NCBI GenBank assembly: GCA_030390025.1 | Contig: CM059431.1 | Span: 109,990,001 to 110,054,000, forward strand | Reading direction: 5' to 3' | DNA: 64,000 nt | DNA from: Squalus acanthias | Lineage: Eukaryota | Part shown: positions 46,330-58,700 of the stretch, in pieces | Layout of the letters: the number at the start of each line of letters is the position of its first letter | How positions within the stretch are numbered: position 1 is the first letter of the stretch | Program-made: the position numbers and the translations under genes | Notes under the pieces: generated by a model | What the model was told of the DNA's origin: nothing | Seen by the model: the letters and a program-made list of their open reading frames with translations, nothing else | Database searches by the model: none

Positions 46330-47942
46330 ACAACATCAATTTGTATTTATGCAGCACCTTTAACGTAGTAAAATGTCCCAAGCACTTCACAGGAGTGTCA
46401 TATAAACAAAATTGACACCAAACCACATAAGGAGGTGTTGGGGCAGAAGATGAAACGCTTGGTCAAAGAGGTAGGTTTTAAGGAGCGTCTTAAAGGAGGA
46501 AAGAGAGGTAGAGAGGCGTAGAGGTTTAGGGAAGGAATTCCAGAGCCTGGGACCTAGACAGCTGAAGGCATGACTGCCAATGGTGGAGCGATGAAAATCA
46601 GCTCGAGGCCAGAATTAGAGGAGCACAGAGATCTCGGGGGGCTGGGGGAGGTTACAGAGAGAGGGAGGGACGAGGCCATGGAGGGATTTGAAAACAAGGA
46701 TGAGAACTTTTAAAATTGAGGCGTTGCTTAACCGGGAGCCAGTGTAGGTCAGCGAGCACAGGGGTGATGGGTGAACGGGACTTGGTGCGAGTTAGGACAC
46801 GGGCAGCAGAGTTTTGGGTGCCCTCAAGTTTACAGAGGGTAGAATGTGGGAGGCCAGCCAGGAGTGCTTTGGAATAGTCAAGTCTAGAGGTAACAAAGGC
46901 ATGGATGAGGGTTTCAGCAGCAGATGAGCTGAGGCAGGGGCGGAGACGGGAGATGTTACGGAGGTGGAAATGGGCGGTCTTAGTTATGGCACGATTATGT
47001 GGTCGGAAGTTCATTTCCCGGTCAAATATGACACCAAGGTTGCGAACAGTCTGGTTCAGCCTCAGACAGATGCTAGGGAGAGGGATGGAGTCGGTGGCTA
47101 GGGAACGGAGTTTTTGGTGGGGACCAAAGACAATGGCTTCGGTCTTCCCAATATTTAATTGGAGAAAATTTCTGCTCATCCAGTACTGGATGTCAGACAA
47201 GCAGTCTGACAATTTAGAGACAGTGGAGGGGTCGAGAGAAGTGGTGGTGAGGTAGAGCTGAGTGTCGTCAGTGTACATGTGGAAACTGACTGTTTTCAGA
47301 TGATGTCACCGAGGGGCAGTATGTAGATGAGAAATAGGAGGGGGCCAAGGATAGATCCTTGGGGGACACCAGAGGTAATGATGCGGGAGTGGGAAATGAT
47401 GCCATTGCAGGTGATTCTCTGGCTATGATTTAGATAGATAAGAATGGAACAAGGCGAGTGCAGTCCCACCCAGCTGGACGACAGTGGAGAGGCAGTGAAG
47501 GAGAATGGAGTGGTCAACTGTGTGAAAGGCTGCACACGGCGAGAAGGACGAGGAGGAATAGTTTACCTTTGTTACAGTCACAAAAGATGTAATTTGTGAC
47601 TTTGATAAAGAGCTGTTTCACAATGCGCTTCACAGGAGCATTATCAATCATAATTTGACACTGAGCCACATAAGGAGACCTTAGGACAGAAGAGGTAGGT
47701 TTTAAGGAGTGTCTTAAAGTAGGAGAGGCAGAGAGGTTTAGGGAGGGAATTCCATAGCTTAGGGCCTAGACAGCTGAAGGCACGGCCACCAATGGTGGGG
47801 TGAAGGAAATCAGCGTTGCGCAAGAGGCCAGAATTGGAGGAACGCGGCGTTCCCGGAGGGCTGTAGGGGTTGAAGAGGTTACAGAGATAGGGGATGGACG
47901 AGGCCATGAAGGGATTTGAACACAAGCATGAGAATTTTAAAA
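46330..47942 (-). mobile_element. L2 LINE (46330-47620) plus adjacent second L2 3' fragment
   Basis: YTDDTQLY and [13 protein letters not shown]s on minus; second 3' end 47622-47942. Confidence 0.88.
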
Positions 47943-48109
47943 CAGGCCAACACCCTGATTGTTAACCACCCCACCCCCCAATATTTCTGACAAAAGGTTT
48001 TGACCTTAAATCTCAATTTGCTTTCTCTCCACACCACTGCCTCCCCCCCCCCCTCCCCCCCATACACCTGCTATAATGAAAATTGAGATATAGGAAAAGG
48101 CTGAAACAG

Positions 48110-48395
48110 AGCTTGTATTGATATAGTGTCTTAATACATCTGCAGGGCATATAAAAGTGCTTTACATTCAAATAAATACTTTTTGAAATACTGTCACTAG
48201 TATGTGGGCAAATGCAGAAGGCAATTTAGCACAGAAAACACCTCCAAACAGCAAATGGCTAAATCATTGAGGGGGAAATGTTGGCTAGGACACCAGAATA
48301 ACTCCCTGCTTTTCTTCAAATAGTGCATGGAAGTTTTACATCCACCTAAAAAGGTAGACGGAGCCTTGGTTTAATGTCTCATTCGAAAGAGTCTC
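48110..48395 (-). mobile_element. Degenerate Deu-SINE
   Basis: Diverged match to ~1930-2230. Confidence 0.5.
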
Positions 48396-48418
48396 CTTAA
48401 AAAACGCTACTCCCCTGA

Positions 48419-49222
48419 TGGGCTGATAAGTGGCAAGTAACATTTGCGCCACACAAATGCCAGGCAATGACCATCTCCAACAAGAGAGTGTCTAACCACC
48501 TCCCGTGATATTCAATGGAATTGCCATCGTAGAATCCCCCACCATCAACATCCTGGGGGTCACCATTGACCAGAAACTTAACTGGACCAGCCACATCAAT
48601 ACTGTGGCTACAAGAGCAGGTCAGAGGCTGGGTATTCTGCGGTGAGTGTCTCACTTCCTGACTCCCCAAAGCCTTTCCACCACTTACAAGGCACAAGTCA
48701 GGAGTGTGATGGAATACTCTCCACTTGCCTGGATGAGTGCAGCTCCAACAACACTCAAGAAGCTCGACACCTTCCAGGACAAAGCAGCCCGCTTGATCGG
48801 CACCCCATCCACCACCTTAAACATTCACTCCCTCCACCACCGGCGTACCGTGGCTGCAGTGTGTACCATCTACAAGATGCACTGCAGCAACTTGCCAAGG
48901 CTTCTTCGACAGCACCTCCCAAACACACGGTTTCTACCACCTAGAAGGACGAGGCCAGCTGACGCATGGGAACACCACCACCTCCAAATTTCCCTCCAAG
49001 TCACACACCATCCTGACTTGGAAATATATCGCCATTCCTTCATCATTGCAGGGTCAAAATCCTGGAACTCCCTACCTAGCAGTATTGTGGGAGTACCTTC
49101 ACCACACAGACTGCAGCGGTTCAAGAAGGCGGCTCACCACCACCTTCTCAAGGGCAATTAAGGATGGGCAATAAATGCTGGCCTTGCCAGCACGTCCACA
49201 TCCCGTGAATGAATAAAAAAAT
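48419..49222 (+). mobile_element. CR1-group LINE 3' fragment (same family as 6907)
   Basis: Collinear with 6915-7720. Confidence 0.8.
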
Positions 49223-49508
49223 GGACAGGTACTCACCTGGCTCTGGACCCTAGATCCTTCAGTTATAGCTGCTCTGAATTTTTCACTTTTGACATTTTTT
49301 CTATTTATTATTTTCCTTTTCAAAATGTTACCTTTTTAAACCCCCCAATTTCCTATGTTATTTGTAACCCATTTCTGTGGGTCAAGAGGAGGTGATTAAC
49401 TGATTGACTCATCCTAACGTTTGAGGAATGGATGGTTAAAATTCCTTGTTTCGTATTTAAGATCCAGTTTCTTCATCCTGTGTCGAAGTAAATCTTGAAA
49501 GAAAAACC

Positions 49509-49760
49509 ATGTCCCGGAAGAAGGGAAAAGATGATAACAAAGCCCATGTTTCCAGCTCCTTTGAATCTGAGGACATCAGCTTAGAAACGACTGTGCCAAC
49601 GGATGACATTTCTTCATCGGAAGAGAGAGAAGCTTCCACTAAAGTCACCAGGCAGCTCATTGAGAGGAAGGAGCTTCTTCACAACTTGCAGCTGTTGAAA
49701 ATTGAGTTGTCACAGAAAAACCTGGTCATCGACAACCTGAAGGTAGAATACCTCACTAAA
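49509..49760 (+). CDS. PIBF1: PIBF1 first coding exon
   Basis: ATG 49509; ends EYLTK|GTAAGT; likely acceptor at 49461. Confidence 0.95.
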
Positions 49761-52700
49761 GTAAGTTCCTTAATATGCACCTTTCAGACCAATTTAGTGG
49801 TTTTAAATTGTTGAACAAGTGGTTAAAATGTGGAGCTCGCTGCCACATGGAGCAGTTGAGACAAATAGCATAGATGCATTTAAGGGGAAGCCAGATAAAT
49901 ACATGAGGGAAAAAGGAATAGAAGGCTATGTTGATAGGGTTAGATGACGTAGGGTAAGAAGAGGCTAAACACTGGCATAGACCTGCTGAGCCAAATTGCC
50001 TGTTTCTGTGCTGTAAATTCTATGCAAGTCTTACTCCATCAGGTTATTGAATCCATATTAAATGGTGATTGGATTAACTGTTTCCATACTGAATAATACT
50101 GATCTGCCCTTTTCAAGACACTTCATAATAGGTAACTAGAACTCTTGTCTTACTGTCCTCGGTGAATGCTACATCCTCTTTGAATAGGAAAAAGAAGTTC
50201 GTTTAAGCAGTACTTCTACTTGCTAACATCATTTAATATACAAATTCTTAGAAAATATTTCTTAGGACAATCCTGTGTATCCTTAAAGTTAAGGAGTCCC
50301 TCTTTATTACCGGCTACATACTTTGTACTAACTGTACAATATAATAGCTACAATGTGTTCTCCTCTGTTAAGTTAGTTATTTTTGCAGAACAAATTTGCA
50401 TTTTCCTCAATGGTAAGGATACAGTGGGACATTGCAACCTTTGCTGGTTTAGTATTTCACTGAACAAACTGTAAAAGTAATAAGGATCTTCATGAATTTT
50501 GCAGGATTTACAGTATTCTTATCCATCAAACGTGGGAACAAATCAGTGGACCAAGGAATCATTTCAAGCACTGTATAAATGTGGCTCTGTTATAAATGGG
50601 TGGGCAGTTTCTCAAATATGGATCACAGTGGATCATGGTTAATTTGAGGCATCTGATACTAAACATTAAAGCAGTCCTATACAATGCCCATCTTTTTGTG
50701 TAAGTGCATATACTGATCTGGGATACATTTTACAGAGATAAACGTCATTCTGGACAGATTGAGTGTTTCAAAACTCTGCATTGAAGCAATGGCCCGGAAT
50801 TTACGGTCAGCGGTGAAGCAAAGGCGTTCGCTGCTAGCCCCAAAGAAAGGTGCCCACAAAGATCTCGCGATCTCTGGCGAGAAGTTTGCCTTTTTCGACG
50901 CGCAAGTGATTTCAGTGCAATATCATGGGGAATCCCGAGTGTGCTCTGCTCTGCTCTAGTGACTTCAACAAGCTGTCTAAGCAGCAATCACAATGCAGAA
51001 TTTTCACAGACAGGGAAGCAGGAAATGAAAAGCTGCTTTTATCCTGACTTTTAAAAAATGTTAGAGAGCAAAACAAAGATTGGGGCTCTCACGTGGGGAT
51101 TAGGTAAACCTGAAATAAATATGAACAAACTTTTAAAAAATATATTTTTTTTTAAATTTAAATTTTCTTAATTGTAATTTTTATCATAATGGAGAAATTT
51201 GACACTCCACAAAATTAAAATTAGTTTTTCAGGGCCATAACGTTTGCTTAGCAGTCAATACGGTGTTAAAACCCCAGTTACACCTAATCCAACCAGGCCT
51301 AACATTTTATGAGGTATTTAACAGCGATATTACCGCGGAAAAGCCCAAGTTTTCATCAGTTCCACTGATTTCACTGATTGCTGGCTATGGGGGCGGGGAG
51401 GTGGGTGGTGGGGTGGCCACAGCACAGCCAGTGTCGGAGCAGTGAATGACTGACTGCAACTTCAGGATTTCCACATTTAGATGCGCATGCGCCACATCCT
51501 GAAGTTGCAGTCAGTTTCAAAGGGGTAATAAGAACGAACGTTTTAAGTTCGCCGTTATTACCCACCGCAAATTCCACCCCATTGTTTGGACCAACTGAGT
51601 TCAAACCCCCCTCCTCCCCCTGCTTTTCTCACACTGTTTCTCTGCGGCACAGATAGAAGATTTGGAGGAAAGGCTGAATGATTCTCTTCACCAGAAGCAA
51701 TTGCTACAGGTCCGTTTGGAGAATCAGCTGAAAGTTCAGCAGGACGATGCCAGGTGAGTCTGCAGCACATATATGATATTTTGGAAATCCGCTGTCCTCG
51801 TGTTCAGTTTTCCAAACTTTAAAACTGCAATCCACTCTGATAAGATCCCTGTGGGACAAAAAATAATGTTCCTAATATATAATTAATGTTGAAGATAATT
51901 TTTTTTGGGAAGTGATTTCAGCAGAAGACATTTAGCACAATTCGAGTGCTAATAGAACCTGACCCTCTCTGCTCTGTCTGGAACTGAACTGGAGAGGCAG
52001 AAGTCAGAACATACAATGTGCAATTTTGAGTATTTTCATCAGATAACAATCATTTAATCAATTTTATGGGGGAGAAATTCAGTATTGCCCTGTTTGGGGC
52101 GTTAACTTTTGAAAGCTGGGAAACTTAGTGACGTAAGTAAACTACTAGGCACTTGGTCTAAGCGTTAAACAAAGCTTTAATCAACTGTTTTTCAACATGG
52201 AGGTCTAGTTGTGTCCTTCACTAGTTCCCGTTAAAGAATGTCCTGAGCAAGCTGGGCCCATGCCCGATTATTTATACTCTCCCTGGACAGCGCCACCAGC
52301 AGGCTGCCCAGTATTATTTCATAAGTCATTTCCACATGAATGACAAGATTCATGTCACTTAGCACCAGGTGTTAAGGATTACCAGCTTTTTCAAAATTCA
52401 GTGTATGCGCTCCGGGAAGGAAGTGGAGCGCTAAAGCACGCAGGCGGGGGTGGTAGTGGTGCCGCGCTGCACAGTGTCCCATGCAGCGTTGCCGCGATCC
52501 GAGGCTCCTTCCCTCCCTTAAAGGGAAGGGCCATCGCTGCAGGCTCTGCATTGGGACCAGTTAGCTGGTCCCCGACGGCAGCCGCGATCCGGCCTGATCA
52601 GCCCCATGCACTCCAGCAGAGTGCCAGGCTGATCGATCGCGGCCCAGGAGCAATCGAACAAAATCACTTGAAGCGTTGTTAAAAAAAATTCTCCTACCCG

Positions 52701-55700
52701 CGCCAACATCCCCTTTTATTTGCGCCTCCGAAGCTCCCGGCCTCCTGCACAACGCCTTCTGCAGCTGCCGGTGTTTCCACCCGGCAATGCTGCAGGGGGG
52801 CAGAACAGAAGTTCGGGTCCGGGGCAATCTCCGGGCGCAGGAGATCGTGGTGCAAAGTGTTACCGCCGCCGCAAACCTCTCGGCCAATTTAGCGGGAGAC
52901 GTTCATTTTGACGCGCCCGATCGGTAAGTCGTTATCGCCCCACCCCGCTGAGGTACTGAATTTCTCCCCCTATTTCCCTGCTCCCACCACTGTCACGGTC
53001 AGGTGTTTTATTTTTGGCCTATCCATAGAAAAAAATTGCGCACTTTTTTTTTTAAAAACAAAGTCTGTGCTAACAAATAACTTTATTTTATGATGCAGAA
53101 GACGTCAAGATCTAAGAAAACAGGAAATGGAAACTATCTTAGATAGACAGAAGCAACTTGAACAGACAAATCAGCAGCTGCAAGAACGAGCAGGTGACAT
53201 TCGTCGCAGTTTACGAGATCTGGAACTGACTGAAGATCAGTATGCAGAGTTGAAAACTGGACCTGAAGACCAGCTTTCCATCCTAGAATACGTATCCGTA
53301 AGTAAAAGCTCAACAGATTTCACTGTAATTTAATCCTTTTGACTACATAGTACTGTTGAAGAAAATATTTAATTGCCATAAACTGCAGCTCTGTATAATT
53401 TGTATTAATGAAACTGTGAGGATGGATTTAAACTAGTGTGGTGGGGGAACATTTAAAGATTGGGAAACAAATAGAATAGATTTGAACCATATAGTGATCA
53501 TATTGAAAATAGGGAATGTGGAGTAGGTTGAGAATGAGAGTAGACGAAGGAACGAGGAAGCATCAAGATGAATGGGAGCACTGGGAAGGACTGCAAGAAG
53601 GAGTGGAGCGAAGTATCTTAATATACAAAAAATGCAAAGAGCATTACAACGGTACCATGGTGCGGGGAAGGGGCAGGAAAAGGGACGAAGTAAACTGTTT
53701 TTTCAAAGAGCTGGAGCAGGTGTGATTGGCCGAATGGCTGCTTTCTGTGCTGTAAAATTCTGATATTCTATAAAATTAGGGTCATTTTCAGGACCTTTCT
53801 CTTTTAAAGAAAAAATACAATAGGAGGCCATGAAGGTACAGTAAGCCTTGCATCAGCAAATAATGTTTAATGTATCCTGGATTATTTCCAATTAAGTATA
53901 AACTTTGTTTGATATTCAATAATTCACCATTTTTTTTAAAAAGCTATGTCCTGCTGATTTTCCTTGGTTTGTGCCTCTGGATCTGCTATGATTGATTTTC
54001 CTCACCAGAGGGTGCCATAGTATCTTGTTTAAAAATCAGTATCTTGATATTAAAGTATTTTCTACAGAGCATGTGCTGTGCATCGTATTCTGAATTTAAT
54101 TCATAAATGTGTCATACATTAAACATCCCTTTTCAGAAGCATCTTGTCTCCAATCTAGAATCGGCTGCTCATTTGTTGATTCTTTTGTTGCATTGAAGTC
54201 TATGAAAAATGACCACTCGCCATTCTGACTCGTGTAGTTCCGATTCAGCAATAACAACTTGCATTTATGGAGCATCTTTAATGTAGAAAAACATCCTAAG
54301 GCGCTTCACAGAAAAGGAATGTTATTCGCCACTAGGTCATTGTGGGGAAAATTAGGAGAGATGACGGAAAGGTTAGTTAAAGAAATCAGTGTTAAAAGCA
54401 GGAATGGAGCTAGAGAGGCAGAGGTATTTCGGGAGCAAGTTTCAGAAAGTATGGCTGAAGCTTCTCCTAATAGCAGAGTGGAGGAGGGGAGTTGGACTAG
54501 GTCAGACTCAGAAAGCCAGAGGGGGATGTAAGGCTGGAGAAAGTTGTGGACGTAGGTTGAGCCAAGACCTTAAGAGAGATTTGTAGATGAGAACAAGGAT
54601 TTTTAATTTGATGCAAAGGAGCCGGTGAGGGGAGAAAGTCATTACGTGGGACAGGTTGCAGGTGGAGGATTTTGGATGAGCTAGAATTTCTGGAGGCTGG
54701 CAAGGAAGCATATGCACAGAGGGAAAGCATAGAGAGAAGGAGAGGGAAAGAGAGAGAGCGGAGAAAGAATGTGTGTGTGTATATGTCATGGAGAGAGGAA
54801 AACATGAAAGATTGGAAGACAAAGACAGGAAGGAGAGAGTGCTAGACAAGCAGAGACGATAATGGGAAGAGACATTATCTAAACAAACACCATACCCTCA
54901 CCATGAATTCCACCCCCCTCTCAGCCACTGTCTCAGGTTGAACCGTGCCTTCAGCAACCTCTGTGACCTCAAATTGAACTTCTGACTCCATATCTTTTCC
55001 ATCACAAAAACTGCCTCCTTCCACCTCCCTAACATCACCCGTCTCTGCCTCAGCCCATCTGCTGTTGAAACTCTCATCCACACCTTTGTCAACTTCTGAC
55101 TCAATAGTCCAATGCTTTCCTAACAAGGCTCTCATCCTCGACCTTCCATAAACTTCAGCTCATCCAAAACTCTGCAGGCCTAATCCAGTCCTGGACCAAG
55201 TCCTGCTCACTCATCATCCCTGGCTCACGCTCCACCAAAGCCTCAAATTTAAAATTCTCATCTTTCTGTTTAAATGACTTAATGGCCTCACCCCTTCCTA
55301 TCTCTGTAACCTTCTCCAGCCCTTTACCAATCCGAGAACTCTTTGTTCCTCCAACTCTGGCCCCTTGTGCATCCCCCCCCCCCCCCCCCCCCCAGTCCTT
55401 TCACACCACTATTGGCGGCCGTGCCTTCAGCTATCTTAGCCTTAAGGTTTGCATTGCCCTCCCTAAACCCCTCTGCCTCTCAACCTCCCTCTCCTTTTTT
55501 CAGACCCACCTCAAAACTCACCTCTTTCGCCAAGTTTTTAGTCAATCCTCCTAATATCTTTTTTGGCTCGGTGCACCTTGGGACTTTCAAATAGTTGTAG
55601 TTAAACATATTTTGTGCTGGCTTTAGAGCCACTTCCATAAGCAAGTCAAATTGGTTAGTTATGCTTCCAACAAAGTTGTCCAATACAGATCTTACAGAAA

Positions 55701-58700
55701 TTTGACTCGGAGGCTTGCCGCGGGGGTAAGGATCGCGCGCGATCTTACCTACCACGCCTGCCGTTGTGTTTCGGGCCCACACGAACTTCTGGTCCTGGGC
55801 CTCTCCCTGGTGCCGGCGCGCAGTGTGTGCGTGTCCCAGAGGCGCAGTTAGTTCGATGCGACCTCTGGGATCACGTGGGCCATGGAGAGCCAATGGCAGC
55901 ACGCCATCTTTCATTCATAGTTTTGACAGGAGAATTGTCAAAACTATGAATACAAATTGCCCCCAAAAGAACAGCTAAACCTCAAATAAATTTTTTTAAA
56001 AACCATCACATTAATAAAATAACTATAGTTAAATAAATTAACCACTTTAAACAAAAATTTAAATTTTTGAAAAAATTTAAATTCTTTTTAAAAGTTATAA
56101 AAATAAACTTACCTTTCTTTAAAGTCTCTAAAAAAGATAAACCTGTTGAAAAAAATTTAAAATAATACTTAATTAACTACTTACCTTGTTAAAAGGGGGG
56201 TCTTACGCCTCCTTTCTTCATGTGTAAAATCTTCAACACTTACCTTCGCGTTGAAACCTGAAAAAAAACCTAAGTGTGCTGCGTGCGCACAGCCTGTAGC
56301 GCGCACGCGGTTCACTTAGGAACCGCCCCCTTCGCCATACCGGAAGTGCCAGTTTCCCGCGCATGCGCAGTGCATGCAGGAAACCGGCACTTCGGGACCG
56401 AATACGCGAGAGTACACAGTGCGTACTCTCCCGTATTCAGCCGAATTTTTGGGCCTATATATCTAAGAAAAGTCATGAGCAGAAACATAAATCAGCACAG
56501 TTTGTACCAAACTGCAATTATTGAAATGAACATCAAAACAAAGCAATTTATGATATCCTACCATAATATAATAATTTAGGCCAAGATTTTCCAGCGGTTG
56601 GGGGGGAGGGGGTTGGTCAGCGGGCGCAATCGGTGACGGGTCGGGTGGGAAAGTGTTTTTGTTCCCCAATGGTTCGGGACCCCACTGTGAACCCGCCGCC
56701 ACGCGTCTTTCCCGATGTCGGGTCTGTCAGCGCTGAGCAGACCCGACACACAGCGGCGGGGGACCCAATTCAGGTCATTAGTGGCTTGTTTAGAGATCAT
56801 TAAGAATACATTTAAGCTCACCTTTTAATTTTACGTGCTCGCCCACGGGGTCCTCGCTGCTTGGGGATCACATCTGTTAAGCTGAGGCAGCAGATGAATG
56901 GCCATTGAATCAGCTGATTACTTGACAGCTTGAAATGTGCTGTAAAAGCTCCCACCTCACAGCTGTTCACTTTCCAAGCTCAGAAGCTATTGCTTACTGC
57001 ATTTGGAAGACAGATTGAGCTTTATGGGTGTTGCAAGTGTTTGGAGCATACTCTTTATCCAGTGTCGCCTCATTGGAACAACTTCTCTCACCATTGACAG
57101 ATTGCTTCTGTCATCTCAACTTCACCTGCCATCTATTCCATCAGCATGGGTACCATTTATACTCTCTCACCTTGGTCCTCAGAGTCCCACCATGATCAGC
57201 CCCAACACCAGCATCACCAGGCACACCAGCAGCTCCAACAACAGCACCAACCTTCTCCGCAATCAACTGATGCTGCACAGGACACAGGGCATCAGCACCC
57301 AAGCATATTGCTGCCTGGGAAGCTAGGGATGGCCACACCATGGCCAGATTTACTTCACTTGATGCTGTACACCCTGGCTGCCACATGATGCGCCAGGTTG
57401 GCACCACCCCACACCAACACCATAAGCATCCCAAGCCATTCCTTTCACACTCATTACCATTGCGGGGGGTACCGTTATGTCTCGCCATTCACTGCGACTC
57501 ATTAAGCCACTTCCAAAGCTGTACACAAATCTGTCCAAGGATGCAAAGTGTTGAAAATAAAGGTTTCAATGTTTGACAACACATTAACAGAAACTTTGCA
57601 TGAACATTGCATAAAACACCCAAGTGCCTACCCTTGTGTGGTGTTAGTTGGTTTGATTGCACTAGGATGAGGGTGAGTGTGAGGGGTGGCTAGTGAGATA
57701 ATATAGGGATGTGATAATATAGATAGAGAGGGATGGGTGGAGATGCAAGGTAAGTTGGTGTGAGTAAGGATGTGCAGGAGTAGGGTAGTGAAGGCAGAGT
57801 GATGGGGATGTGATGAGAGGCACAGCAGGATGAGGTTGAGTGTGGCTTTGTACTAACATTTCATGATCTACTGAGATCATTGAAACGTTTGCGGCACTGC
57901 ACCCAGGTCCTCCTGACCACATCCCTGCTTGTGCCCTCCTCTGCAATTTGTAACCAGGCTGTGTTGATCTCCTGAGGAGGTCTCTTCCGTCCATGGAAGG
58001 GAAGAGGACCTCCCTGCGTGCTGTGACTCCCTCCATAAGCATATAGAGGGAGTCATGGGAGAGCCTGGGTGTAGCCCTGTGCTTTTTGCGCAGTCATTGT
58101 TTGCAGCACCTCAGTGCTGTAGAACAATGACCGCACAAATGTCAAAATAAATTTGGACATGGTCCCTTTAAGGAAACTGGCTGATGACGCATCATCAAAT
58201 GACGTCACCAGACCCGCTTCCTCTAATTGACCGAGAAACGCGCTGGACAGGCTTAACAAGCCCCTTCAAGGTAAATTCATTTTGGACAGCGGGATGGAGC
58301 CAGCAGCGGGATCGGGACTCGCCACCGACATCGCCCGCCCCGGACCCACCGAGGTCAGCAAAATCGTGGCCTTAGTTATTTTCTTCTCAATGTTCTGCTA
58401 TAGTGAAGGAAGTAAAATGAAAACTTGACCAGTAATTGAATATCAGACTGCAAGGCACAGGGATTTCCATTTTGACTATGCAACACAATGATCCAGTTTG
58501 TGTAAAGTGAAATACTGGTTTGCTATACTTCAACAGTTTTGTATCTGAATAATTTTATTCTGTCCTCCACTTGTCTTGACAAGTTATATTTATTTCCATA
58601 AAATAAGTATGTTGCTAGAGAGGACTTTTGTTTTCGTTCTGGTTGAAATAAGCCAAAGATGCATTTGTTATTCAGCGTTGTTGAAGCATCATTGGACTAA

